A DNA stretch of 63,282 bases, counting the filler, from Octopus bimaculoides (lineage: Eukaryota), in assembly GCF_001194135.2 (NCBI RefSeq). It is 3 parts of 3 records of this genome, joined end to end, with 100 filler letters (N's around TTAATTAATTAA, not from the genome) between each part and the next. Parts side by side here need not be neighbours in the genome. Positions count along the whole stretch, not along the records: positions 46,257 to 63,282 come from NC_068991.1; 2 more parts are not named here. One strand, 5' to 3'. The position numbers and the translations under genes were made by a program. The notes beneath the pieces are model-generated. The model was not told the DNA's origin, searched no databases, and saw only the letters and a program-made list of their open reading frames with translations. Positions 50,809-63,282 of this stretch are shown here, piece by piece. The first letter of the stretch is position 1, and each line of letters begins with the position of its first letter.

Positions 50809-51424
50809 NNNNNNNNNNNNNNNNNNNNNNNNNNNNNNNNNNNNNNNNNNNNNNNNNNNNNNNNNNNNNNNNNNNNNNNNNNNNNNNNNNNNNNNNNNNN
50901 NNNNNNNNNNNNNNNNNNNNNNNNNNNNNNNNNNNNNNNNNNNNNNNNNNNNNNNNNNNNNNNNNNNNNNNNNNNNNNNNNNNNNNNNNNNNNNNNNNNN
51001 NNNNNNNNNNNNNNNNNNNNNNNNNNNNNNNNNNNNNNNNNNNNNNNNNNNNNNNNNNNNNNNNNNNNNNNNNNNNNNNNNNNNNNNNNNNNNNNNNNNN
51101 NNNNNNNNNNNNNNNNNNNNNNNNNNNNNNNNNNNNNNNNNNNNNNNNNNNNNNNNNNNNNNNNNNNNNNNNNNNNNNNNNNNNNNNNNNNNNNNNNNNN
51201 NNNNNNNNNNNNNNNNNNNNNNNNNNNNNNNNNNNNNNNNNNNNNNNNNNNNNNNNNNNNNNNNNNNNNNNNNNNNNNNNNNNNNNNNNNNNNNNNNNNN
51301 NNNNNNNNNNNNNNNNNNNNNNNNNNNNNNNNNNNNNNNNNNNNNNNNNNNNNNNNNNNNNNNNNNNNNNNNNNNNNNNNNNNNNNNNNNNNNNNNNNNN
51401 NNNNNNNNNNNNNNATATATATAT

Positions 51425-51990
51425 ATATACGGGGTACCGTTCACACTGCATCTGATAATATCAAAGACCTAGGAGTAACTGTTGATAGCAATCTCAGTTG
51501 GAGTGCCCACATCAACAATAAAGTCGATATAGCTCGTAGGATGAGCTCCTGGATTTTAAGAACCCTCCGGTCCAGAGAACAAGGTGTCATCATTCCACTT
51601 TTCTCCTCCTTTGTACGGCCAAACCTCGAATACTCCTGCTCCCTGTGGTCTCCCCATACAAAACAAAAAAAATCTCGAAAATTGAATCACCCCAGAGGGC
51701 ATCCACTTAACGAATTGAGAGCATGACTATTCTCGATTACTGGGACCGCCTTAAAGCCTTGAAACTGCGAGCGGTACATCATTTGCACGATATGGAGAAT
51801 ATACCGCCAGCATTGCCCGAACGACCTGAACATTAGCTCCAAGGTTCATCCAAGGCTGGGACCACGGGCCATACGTCCCCTGCCCAATTCAGGATCACAA
51901 CATATAGATACACTGCAACACAATTTCTTTTCTTCAAGAGGCCCTGCCCTGTTTACCATTGGCCCAAAACTGATTAAAGAGGAAAAGGAT
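51425..51990 (+). mobile_element. CR1/L2-type LINE 3' ORF fragment
   Basis: IKDLGVTVDSNLSWSAHIN...WILRT...FVRPNLEYSCSLWSPH...YWDRLKALKL. Confidence 0.92.
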
Positions 51991-52009
51991 CCCATCACGC
52001 CGGTCTATA

Positions 52010-52205
52010 GTCAGTAATTTTCGAGGGAGAAGACAAGTTGATTACATCAACCCGTATACTATAAGAATGGTACTTAATTTCATCGAACCATGCAGGGATG
52101 ACATAAAAGTTGAATTCGGCGGGATTTCAACCCAGAACGCAAAGAGCCGATAGAAATGCTGCTAAATATCTTGTTCGACATTTTAACGATTCTACCAGAT
52201 TACCG
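52010..52205 (-). mobile_element. SINE family A, diverged copy
   Basis: GATTACATCAACCC...GGTACTTAATTTCATCGA...CCCAGAACGCAAAG...TAACGATTCTACCAG. Confidence 0.75.
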
Positions 52206-52957
52206 ATTCATGTGACTTCCGCCATATATACTCTTATGTGAAAACCAACTGTAGTGTTCGACAAAAAAACATCTAACACAATATTTGAAGCGAATGCCCT
52301 TTATTCCACGCTGCACGTTGCCGCATTTTCAACTGTTTGCAACACTCATATGCTGGAAACATTTATATGGGATTTCCGAACCGTGAAGAAACTTGGAAAT
52401 GATTGCCATAATATACGAGAAAAACTTTTCCTTATATTCCTGCATATCTTGTTGTGTAAATATTATGGGAAGTAAAAATCATGTTGGTATCAATCAAAAC
52501 AGACAACAACGAAAGATGAAAGAAAAGGAGTCCATTAAAAATAGTTTAATCTCTTATGGCCATTGTAACCAGCAAATTGATGAGAAGTTTTCCAATTGTA
52601 AATTTATTAACAGTCAAAATGTTACAAACTATTAACAATAACAAAAGAAAATAATAACAATAAAAAAGTTTATTTGTAGATTGACCTGACATTTGAACTA
52701 TGTTCAGCTTGATAACAGCTGCCGCTTCTACTGCTTTGACGGCCAAACTGATAAATATACAAAATAAATACATCATATCGTGTTGCAACTAAATTTAAGG
52801 AAGCCAGACTGTTTACTGTTAATATTGGGGCCGGTATGGGACGGTATGGGACGGCAAGGAGCTTTTGTTACAATGTAATTGTTTTCTAAATACTCCACTA
52901 TGTATGTGTGTGTATATTTACATACATATATATATATATGTATGCATATACATATAC

Positions 52958-52996
<39 letters not shown>

Positions 52997-53151
52997 GTGT
53001 GTGTGTGTTGTAAAGTGAGATGCTTCCTATTCGTATATATTGAAACACGTAGAAGAAAGGGAACGAGTTTTGTAACAAACATTGTGGCTTGTATTATCTC
53101 TCATAGCAACGATGTCAACTCAAAATGGTTTCAAGTGACATCAATATATAT

Positions 53152-53222
<71 letters not shown>

Positions 53223-53597
53223 CATGTGTTGTTATGGCGTCGTTATTGTTCCTTAGTCTCCCCGCTGCCTAGAGTAACTTCCCTTTCTCACCCGCTACAA
53301 ACTCGTCTGTTTGTCTTTATCTTCTGACTCTACCCCCAAAGACTATCCCCAATGTTCTTCATAATTTCTCCAGTTTACCCTTCGTCTCCATTCCTTCATT
53401 ATCTCTGGTTATTTCCTACACTCTTCGCCTCTTCCCCCCAAACCCGAATAACAGGCTGTGTTAATACTTCCCAAAATATTGTTTCTCATTTGCTAATTTT
53501 CTTGACCTTTAAGAATTCACACGTATCTAAAAGACTTGTCAGTGAAAGACCTTTAATTCTGTTGTATCTTTGAATAGTTTTAGGGAATATATATATA

Positions 53598-53995
53598 TAG
53601 GCATGGCTGTTTGGTAAGAAGATTGCTTCCCAACCACGTGGTTCTGGATTCAGTCCCACTGCGTGGCATCTTGCGCAAGTGTTTTCTACTGTAGCCTCGG
53701 TCCGACCAGAAATTTGTGAGTGGATTTGGTAGACGGAAACTGAAAGAAGCCCGTTCTTTACATATTTCTATGTATTTATGTATGTCTTTGTGTTTGTGTT
53801 TGTCCTCCCACTACCGCTTGACAACCGGTGTTCGTGTGTTTACATCCCTGTAACTTAGCGGCTCGGCACAAAAGATCGATATAATAAGTACCAGGCTTAA
53901 AAATAAGTATTGAGCTCCATTCGATCGACTAAAAAATCCTCATTGTTGTGCCCCTGCATGCCCACAGTCTAATAACTGAAACAGGTAAAAGATGA
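53598..53995 (+). mobile_element. SINE family C, full length
   Basis: Colinear with 50415-50808. Confidence 0.88.
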
Positions 53996-56027
53996 AGGAT
54001 GAAAGATATANNNNNNNNNNNNNNNNNNNNNNNNNNNNNNNNNNNNNNNNNNNNNNNNNNNNNNNNNNNNNNNNNNNNNNNNNNNNNNNNNNNNNNNNNN
54101 NNNNNNNNNNNNNNNNNNNNNNNNNNNNNNNNNNNNNNNNNNNNNNNNNNNNNNNNNNNNNNNNNNNNNNNNNNNNNNNNNNNNNNNNNNNNNNNNNNNN
54201 NNNNNNNNNNNNNNNNNNNNNNNNNNNNNNNNNNNNNNNNNNNNNNNNNNNNNNNNNNNNNNNNNNNNNNNNNNNNNNNNNNNNNNNNNNNNNNNNNNNN
54301 NNNNNNNNNNNNNNNNNNNNNNNNNNNNNNNNNNNNNNNNNNNNNNNNNNNNNNNNNNNNNNNNNNNNNNNNNNNNNNNNNNNNNNNNNNNNNNNNNNNN
54401 NNNNNNNNNNNNNNNNNNNNNNNNNNNNNNNNNNNNNNNNNNNNNNNNNNNNNNNNNNNNNNNNNNNNNNNNNNNNNNNNNNNNNNNNNNNNNNNNNNNN
54501 NNNNNNNNNNNNNNNNNNNNNNNNNNNNNNNNNNNNNNNNNNNNNNNNNNNNNNNNNNNNNNNNNNNNNNNNNNNNNNNNNNNNNNNNNNNNNNNNNNNN
54601 NNNNNNNNNNNNNNNNNNNNNNNNNNNNNNNNNNNNNNNNNNNNNNNNNNNNNNNNNNNNNNNNNNNNNNNNNNNNNNNNNNNNNNNNNNNNNNNNNNNN
54701 TATCTTAGAAGAATTTACAAGCAAAAATATCAAATAACGGCACTTAGCAATAATGAATAAATTTCTCTATTTTAAATGTGTTGAGTTCCGAAAACAAAAT
54801 AGTAAGTCAGCCTGTTGTATGTATTTTAATATTTTTACAGTGTCTCTATTTTTATTTGATGACACAAATGAAAATGTGAGACTGCGTCTGTTGAATTACA
54901 GGAATAAACGAAGAAGTGTCCTTGACAAATATCTGTGCCACACCGAGGAGGTTTTCTCAGAATCCCTGGAAGGAAAATGAATAGAATTTTAATGGAGAAT
55001 GAATTACTCATTCCTATATGAACAGTGCTGAATAGAAACTGTTATTATGAAGCATTTAAGAGGAAGTTTTAATAGCTACGGTTGAATATTATTACGCGAA
55101 TCTCAGATGAATTGCGAGAAATAAATCAATATCGGCCTAAATTTTCGGCTGATCTGCTGCTATATCACTCTAATATATGACTCTGATATCGATGTGTTGT
55201 GAATCAAAGTAAAATTGAGTGATATATCCAGATCTTCATGAGCATTCTGTTTGTACAAACCAGACTTACATAGTCACAAACAGAGACATAGAAAGAAAAA
55301 ACATACATAACGAAAATATTAGTATTACAGGTGTAGCTGTGAGGTAAGAAATTTGCTTCCCATCTGTTATATCGCACGTTCGGATGAACACAGAAGAGGA
55401 CACTACGAGGACAGACAACACAAAACGTGGGGTGCATTTAACGAATGAAAACATGAATTATTAAAATAAAAGAATGAAATGGCTTACGAACCCCCCAAAG
55501 CACGCAGTTCCATTTAACTGTTCTTTTATACAGTTTCTTATCTTCTTTTTCTTTTTCTTTTTTCAATGACGTTCGTCCGTTATATGTTCAAGCAGATCTT
55601 CTATCCCAATCACACCGGGCAGATTCTCATATCGAACATATATCCGTATGGTTAATTAATTCCGGAAACGCTCCACATAGTTTTCCTATCTTCCCTCTTT
55701 CCAGTAACATTGTTTTCTCATCTGGTCGAAACAATTCTGGTTCCAATCTTACTCTAATCACACCTTTTAACTTCGTTATTCTCTTTTCCAATTCTATATC
55801 TTTCTTATATATCTCAACTACACCGACCTCTAGACTTCTCCCTCTATATCTACGTATTGAGCTAGCCTGCTTCATCGTCTGGGGCGTCGACACAACACCA
55901 ACCAGATGAGAAACATTTAACGAAAACACTGTAAGACGAAAACCGACAAAAATACAACATACTGAAAACTAGACGGAAACATAACAAAGAGAAACTAGAC
56001 TAAAAGACGATGCACGGAACATTCGCA

Positions 56028-56060
<33 letters not shown>

Positions 56061-56214
56061 CACGTAAATATCGAACAATGGGAATGAGTGCTCAATACCC
56101 CATTGATGGATATAGATTCTTTGTTTGTAGATTAAGGCTACCATTGTTTTCATGTTAAAGGATCGCCAAGCCTCTCACATGGAACATCGGTATTTCGTCT
56201 CTAAAATGGAAGTG

Positions 56215-56570
56215 GTGGGTGGTGCGAGGTGATTGTCGGCTGACTGTTCACCATGACGACGCGTTGGCTCACAACACCCTGAGCATCCGGAAGTTCGTTG
56301 CCGAACGAGAAAACAAAAAAAGAACAAAACATAGGCTGTGTTGTAACAACCTCACTACTAACCCGTCGTGCCTCTGTGTGATTTTCATCTTTTCCCTAAG
56401 CTCAAGGTGACTTGTTTTCTGATGTGGAAGCCATCAAGAGGGCCTCGATGATGGAGCTGCGGAGAATCCCGGGAGAATCCTTCCAGGAGTGCATGAAGAC
56501 GTACCTAAGAAGAATAGGAAAGTGCATTAGACTCGAGGAGTATTCATTATTTCGAAAGGAAAAAACTTGT
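56215..56570 (+). mobile_element. Mariner transposase C-terminal fragment
   Basis: VHHDDALAHNTLSIRKFVAE (HHDNAPAH-like); FPKLK; FSDVEAIK...ELRRIP..SFQECM...R..KCI. Confidence 0.78.
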
Positions 56571-56663
56571 ATTTTGTACTCTGGATTTGACAAATTTTTC
56601 GTGACCCCAGTCGTGTTTCCTTTATGGCAAACACCACAGACACACAGAGACACACACACACAA

Positions 56664-56706
<43 letters not shown>

Positions 56707-56707
56707 A

Positions 56708-56797
<90 letters not shown>

Positions 56798-57183
56798 AGG
56801 CAAGGGAAAGACAGATACTTCTACATACAAAAGTACGCACAAAAAGGTCCATTATCGGATTTGTGTGTGTTTATGTGTGTGTATGTGTGTGTGTTTTGTA
56901 TGTGTTTCTGACTGTAGGGATATGAGCGTGATGGCATATGTGTGTATCGATTTAGATAACCATCTTTGCATTGATCAGTTACTATCAGATAAGATTAAAT
57001 ACATTCTCTGTGTGACTGAATATCGCCACCTGTCTAGTGGTGAATATCCTATATAATTTTCATTTTCACTAAATATTTATTAACCTATTCAACAAAGGAT
57101 TTAATGTTTTAGCTATATTCTACTGCGTGGGTGGTCTTTGTGGCGTTTAAAAGTTAATATGTGTATTATGATACATACATATA

Positions 57184-57790
57184 CCGGGTGTTCGGGCTAA
57201 ATTTGCATTAAAGGAAATGGAATCACATTATCCCACCCGAAAGTAAAAGTATTTTTAGAAAATGTAAAGGTATCAAATATAGGGTGTCCACAAGGTCTGG
57301 GTACACGAAGTAAATAAAATCATAACATAAACAATTAAATATAGGAAATAATAATTTCTTAAAGTATGTGTTAATCCTGATGTGGGTACATGGAGTAAAT
57401 AAAATCATAACATAAACAATTAAATATAAGAAATAATAATTTCTTAAAGTATGTGTTAATCCCCATGTGGGTACATGGAGTAAATAAAATCATAACATAA
57501 ACAATTAACTTTAAGAAATAATAATTTCTTAAAGTATGTGTTAATACCCATGTACCCAAACTTTGTGGACACCCTGTAGACTATGGCTGAGAGATAACAG
57601 TTTGCTCGAAGTAGCCGTCTTCAGCTTCCACTACAGCCTCAAAACGGCTCCGAAACCTAGCGCTTGTGTTGCTCACTGTGCGCTAGGGAAGGTCTTCGAA
57701 AATCTTGATCTTGGTCAGCAGCCGTGCCTTCTTGTTGTTGGCAGAGTGGTCGGTGTCTTTCTCCAAAACCCACATAGTTAACCGTTGGAC
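57184..57790 (-). mobile_element. Tc1/mariner (DD37D maT-like) 3' relic hosting a MITE
   Basis: WVLEKDT.HS...L...I...F..LP..TV.....RFRSRFEAVVEAEDGYFE; terminus TA-CCGGGTGTT at 57182. Confidence 0.6.
57280..57576. mobile_element. MITE with 26-bp TIRs, TA TSD and three internal 85-bp tandem units
   Basis: TA-TAGGGTGTCCACAAGGTCTGGGTACA ... TGTACCCAAACTTTGTGGACACCCTG-TA. Units start at 57299, 57384 and 57469. Confidence 0.9.
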
Positions 57791-58195
57791 ATTCATAACC
57801 ATATGCTGAGAGGAATTCTTTGAGATTTGAATAATTCTAATCTAGGCACAAAAGGACGAAATTTTAGGGGAGGGGGCCAGTCGATTAGATCGACTCCAGT
57901 ATACAACTGGTCCTCTGAGAACACGGGCGTTTTAAACATCATTCTTAAACAAACCTTATCATGGATCTTTTGAGCAAGATGGGCCACACGATCTGAAGGA
58001 AATTGTAATGTTGTGCGCTATTAATCTTCATATGAGATCACGATGTCATGCACACATCATTGTGATGCATGTGTCTGGTGTAACTTTTTCAGGGGGGGGG
58101 GGTACGTATGGTGAGTATATTGGGCTTCCGTATATTTGTATCCCAGCGTCATTTTAATGGCGTGAGCAGCTCTCTGATAAAATAATAATTATGAA

Positions 58196-58249
<54 letters not shown>

Positions 58250-58261
58250 TAATAAAAAAAT

Positions 58262-58549
58262 ATAAAAAGATGGGCTACAGCAAATATTCTGCTCAATACC
58301 ATAGATTTGCTTGTCAGTTGTTTGAACTTAACCATTTGAGCATGCCCTTTGGTGGCTGACAATATGTGCATCTCTGATCACGAGCAGAAGTAGTGGGGGA
58401 GCATCATAGCCATGTGTTGAGAGGAATTCTTTGGGGTTTCAATAATTCGCCTTTGTAAACATGGGTGTTTTGCTCAACATCCTTAAACAAGCCTTATTGA
58501 GGGACCTTTTGAGCGGTATGGGCTACTCGACCTGAAGAAAATTCTAACT
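58262..58549 (-). mobile_element. SINE-like family D 3' part with (TTA)n tail (58190-58255); a related relic lies at 57800-57990
   Basis: Shared GAGAGGAATTCTTTG...AATAATTC...CATTCTTAAACAA.CCTTAT...CTTTTGAGC blocks in two copies. Confidence 0.65.
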
Positions 58550-59088
58550 NNNNNNNNNNNNNNNNNNNNNNNNNNNNNNNNNNNNNNNNNNNNNNNNNNN
58601 NNNNNNNNNNNNNNNNNNNNNNNNNNNNNNNNNNNNNNNNNNNNNNNNNCACACACACACGCACACACACACACACACACACACATACACACACATGTAT
58701 ATATATGCATTCATACATATATATCGGTATGCATTATATTGCTGGCTGGTTTACATAAGATTTGATCTGGTTTCTCGTGGAATACATCTATGTATGTATG
58801 TTTATATATTTGAAAAAAAAAAAAAACGAATAACAATAAATTGCAATACAATCATTTTAAACTATAAAGATCGGTTGCGTACATATTGAATCCATTTGGT
58901 ACTGAACCGAATATGAATAACATATAGTTCTCAAAACTTTATTTTTTGTACTTTCTGAAAAATGGGTTTGATATTTGTGAACATAAGGGAACCTAATATA
59001 TAACTACATCTCGTCGTTTATACTTCGTGTCCTGTATAGAATAAATACATATACGATATTATATTACATCATATCATATTATATCATA

Positions 59089-59147
<59 letters not shown>

Positions 59148-59669
59148 CATCTATCTATCTATCTATCCATCCATCTATCTATCTCCATCTTCGTTGAGCC
59201 CTGTGTGGCTAATAAAAGAAATGTATCTATCTAGCTACCTAGCTAGCTAGCTATCTATCTACCTAGCTAGCTAGCTATCTATCTACATTTATATATATAA
59301 ATATACATAAACATATATTTATATTTACATATGTATATATAAAAAAAAATATGTGTGGATATGTAGGTAAATAATATTAAATTTTATTAGTTCACACACT
59401 CAAATATTCACACATTGAAACACATATAATGATATATGTTAGATACGTTTGTACATAACTATATTAAAAAAATACTTGGCAATATTTACTGTCTCAAGAA
59501 TCCAGGCAAATACTTGTCCGGGATCTGGCCGCTATCTTACTGGGCGTCATTTTGAGGAGAAAGTACGTTTCCCCTACTGTTCGATTGGGGCTGATGTGGA
59601 GTACAAACAACAGCCGCAATAGCGTCAAACTTGCCGATATAAAAGGATACAAATTATTCACAACTCAAA

Positions 59670-59734
<65 letters not shown>

Positions 59735-59840
59735 TATATGGATAGATATAGATATAGATAAACACTTAAACATAAGTTCCTACATGTAGGTGTGTACGTG
59801 TGTGGTAAGTAGCTTGCTTACCAACCACATGGTTCCGGAA

Positions 59841-59880
<40 letters not shown>

Positions 59881-59909
59881 NNNNNNNNNNTATGTATGCA
59901 TGTATATTT

Positions 59910-59976
<67 letters not shown>

Positions 59977-60248
59977 CATTCTACCGGGTACTGTATTTGC
60001 TTTTATCGTTCAATAAGATAACTAACCTCAGTGAATATACATATATATATACATACATGCATGTATGTATGTATGTATGTATGTATGTATGTATGTATGT
60101 ATGTATGCATGTATATATATTTTTATATTCACATATATGTGTGTGTATGTATACATAGGGGAGAATATAGAAATAATAGCAACAGACGAGGACAGGTGGT
60201 GTAAATAACAAAAGTATATATTAGTATGACGCTCGGGAATACGGAAAG

Positions 60249-60285
60249 TCTTTGACGTTTCGAGCTACGCTCTTCAACAGAAAGA
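60249..60285 (-). ncRNA. Minimal type I hammerhead-like motif with CUGUUGA core variant, in a Penelope-type repeat
   Basis: Minus strand TCTTT-CTGTTGA-A-GAGC-GTA-GCTC-GAAACGTC-AAAGA: 5-bp stem I, 4-bp stem II, palindromic ACGT in place of stem III. Confidence 0.55.
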
Positions 60286-60846
60286 ATACGGAGACAATAC
60301 GTACATANNNNNNNNNNNNNNNNNNNNNNNNNNNNNNNNNNNNNNNNNNNNNNNNNNNNNNNNNNNNNNNNNNNNNNNNNNNNNNNNNNNNNNNNNNNNN
60401 NNNNNNNNNNNNNNNNNNNNNNNNNNNNNNNNNNNNNNNNNNNNNNNNNNNNNNNNNNNNNNNNNNNNNNNNNNNNNNNNNNNNNNNNNNNNNNNNNNNN
60501 NNNNNNNNNNNNNNNNNNNNNNNNNNNNNNNNNNNNNNNNNNNNNNNNNNNNNNNNNNNNNNNNNNNNNNNNNNNNNNNNNNNNNNNNNNNNNNNNNNNN
60601 NNNNNNNNNNNNNNNNNNNNNNNNNNNNNNNNNNNNNNNNNNNNNNNNNNNNNNNNNNNNNNNNNNNNNNNNNNNNNNNNNNNNNNNNNNNNNATATATA
60701 TATATATATATACATTTATATATATATATATATATATATATACATACAAATATATATGTATATATATATATATACACATACATATATGAATTGGTATATA
60801 TATGTATGTGTGTGTCTAAGTACATATATGCATATATGTATATATG

Positions 60847-60877
<31 letters not shown>

Positions 60878-60911
60878 ACATATGTATATACATGTATATA
60901 TATATATATAC

Positions 60912-60944
<33 letters not shown>

Positions 60945-61048
60945 CATATAAATATATATATAATGCACTGTGAAAGCTAACCAGTAAATTATCAGGTATA
61001 TACTATAGGTTTTATCTAAAATATATACACATATTTGTACGTGTATGC

Positions 61049-61087
<39 letters not shown>

Positions 61088-61373
61088 CACACACAGATAC
61101 AGAGAGGGAGAGAGAGTAAGAGAGTGAGAGAGTGAGAGAGAGAGAGAGAGAAAGAGAGAGATACGGAGAAAGAGAGTATGGTTAAGTATCAACTATTCTA
61201 TAGGTTTTTTTTAATATCTGTGTTTTCCAACACGTTTCCTTCTTCGTTCGCTTCACATCCGCATTGACGCATCTACAAAGGATAGCCAATTAAACACTTT
61301 TGCACTCTCAGTCATTTTTTCAGTTAGGCCTTATAAACTTGTGCTCGTACACACATACACACAGATACACACG

Positions 61374-61453
<80 letters not shown>

Positions 61454-62469
61454 AACACACACACACACACAAACACACATACACACACAACATACACAAC
61501 ACAGACACACATAATACATACACACACATACGCACACATACATGCGCATACTCACACACATACAAGTATAAACACTTACACATTCACGCACACACCTATG
61601 AAACCGCACACAAGCACATACGCAATCACACAAGCTAATTTATGCACACACACACACACACATAAATATACATATATATATANNNNNNNNNNNNNNNNNN
61701 NNNNNNNNNNNNNNNNNNNNNNNNNNNNNNNNNNNNNNNNNNNNNNNNNNNNNNNNNNNNNNNNNNNNNNNNNNNNNNNNNNNNNNNNNNNNNNNNNNNN
61801 NNNNNNNNNNNNNNNNNNNNNNNNNNNNNNNNNNNNNNNNNNNNNNNNNNNNNNNNNNNNNNNNNNNNNNNNNNNNNNNNNNNNNNNNNNNNNNNNNNNN
61901 NNNNNNNNNNNNNNNNNNNNNNNNNNNNNNNNNNNNNNNNNNNNNNNNNNNNNNNNNNNNNNNNNNNNNNNNNNNNNNNNNNNNNNNNNNNNNNNNNNNN
62001 NNNNNNNNNNNNNNNNNNNNNNNNNNNNNNNNNNNNNNNNNNNNNNNNNNNNNNNNNNNNNNNNNNNNNNNNNNNNNNNNNNNNNNNNNNNNNNNNNNNN
62101 NNNNNNNNNNTATATATATATATATATATATGAATACTATCAAATAACGTCGATGTAAGCACGCATTTGTAAACATTCACATATCCATACAATCGCACAG
62201 CATAAACAGAAATGCACACATATATAGAGATGGATAGTAAGCTAGAAATATGTATAATTAAACAAGCAAGTGGACAGACAGATTATCAGATGGACAGATA
62301 CATAAAATGTCCTGTGTATGTGCTGGGTATTTATGTATTAATCAGCATAGAACGAATACTATTTTAGATATAACGGAATAAAATAACAGGAAAAGTATGC
62401 AACTTTAACGTCCTGAATGTAAAGAAATATGATAGATATTTAAATTAATAGTCATATGAATAGATTGAT

Positions 62470-62470
62470 G

Positions 62471-62527
<57 letters not shown>

Positions 62528-62653
62528 CGAGAGCTAAGAGAAATACAGAAGGAACTAAATAGATCAATCGATAAAAATATAGATAGATGGATAGATGGAT
62601 ACGTAGATAAATAGATAGATAAATAAATGGATAGATGTAGGGATTGAATGATT

Positions 62654-62692
<39 letters not shown>

Positions 62693-62694
62693 GG

Positions 62695-62725
<31 letters not shown>

Positions 62726-62830
62726 GATAGATAGATAGATAGCGAGAGCTAAGAGAAAAACAGAGAAAGAGTTAAATAGATCGTTAGATGTATGGATAGA
62801 TAGATAGGTAGAAGGATAGATAGCGAGAGT
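62470..62830. repeat. (GATA)n-rich array with duplicated interrupting unit GCGAGAGCTAAGAGAAA
   Basis: Direct read; the interrupting unit occurs at ~62527 and ~62742. Confidence 0.9.
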
Positions 62831-63184
62831 GAAATAGATAGAATAAAATTGATACAGAGAGAGGATACACACGGAGAGAGAAAGAGCGAGCAAGAGAGAG
62901 AGGGGAAGAGAAAAGAGAGAGGGAGAAGGAGACGGTGTGGGTGAGCGGGAATATTTCCTGATAAAGTATGTGAATTGTAATTTTTGTTGTTCGCTTTATT
63001 AATTTGGTTGTCATAGAAGAATTTTAGTTGACGTTTCGAAATGATTTCAGAATTGAGGTGTGGTGAATATATTCAATAATGGAATATATTACATGTAGCA
63101 TGAATAATGAAATATGTTAGTGTGTACACATGCATAGGTGGCTGTGATTGCGTCTGTATACGCATGAATGTGTGTGTGTGTGTG

Positions 63185-63226
<42 letters not shown>

Positions 63227-63282
63227 TGCAGAATTATATGCATACATGCTTTTGTACATATATATATATATATATATATATA

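Noticed and set aside
54840-54980. Possible terminal exon ...FDDTNENVRLRLLNYRNKRR...
   Set aside because: It has an acceptor-like site but no recognisable homology or linked exons.
55627-55929. 100-aa minus-strand ORF
   Set aside because: No recognisable domain, and it sits among Penelope-type repeat relics; cannot be supported as a gene.

Overview
AT-rich, microsatellite-saturated eukaryotic DNA from a gapped draft assembly. The repeat landscape suggests an octopod cephalopod, but that is inference only. No host protein-coding gene can be firmly supported: nearly all listed ORFs are translations of microsatellites, N-runs or transposon relics. The window is a patchwork of mobile DNA. It holds non-LTR retrotransposon fragments (R4/Dong-type with restriction-like endonuclease, RTE, CR1/L2-type, Tx1/L1-type, Penelope-like) and a probable Gypsy gag-pro relic. 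DNA transposons include three mariners, a DD37D-like Tc1/mariner relic, two MITEs, a hAT and a Helitron. There are at least four SINE or SINE-like families (my labels A-D). The strongest observation is a complete, full-length type I hammerhead ribozyme fold at 2221-2297 whose core carries the compensatory U3-A8 swap, embedded in a ~240-nt hairpin-rich segment (retrozyme-like). Several further hammerhead-like motifs lie in Penelope-type repeats (a minimal form at 60249-60285 and a recurring circularly permuted form), and there is a pseudoknotted RTE-like leader at ~8400-8730. R4/Dong copies consistently abut (AAT)n tracts. All family assignments come from motif recognition by eye, not database searches.
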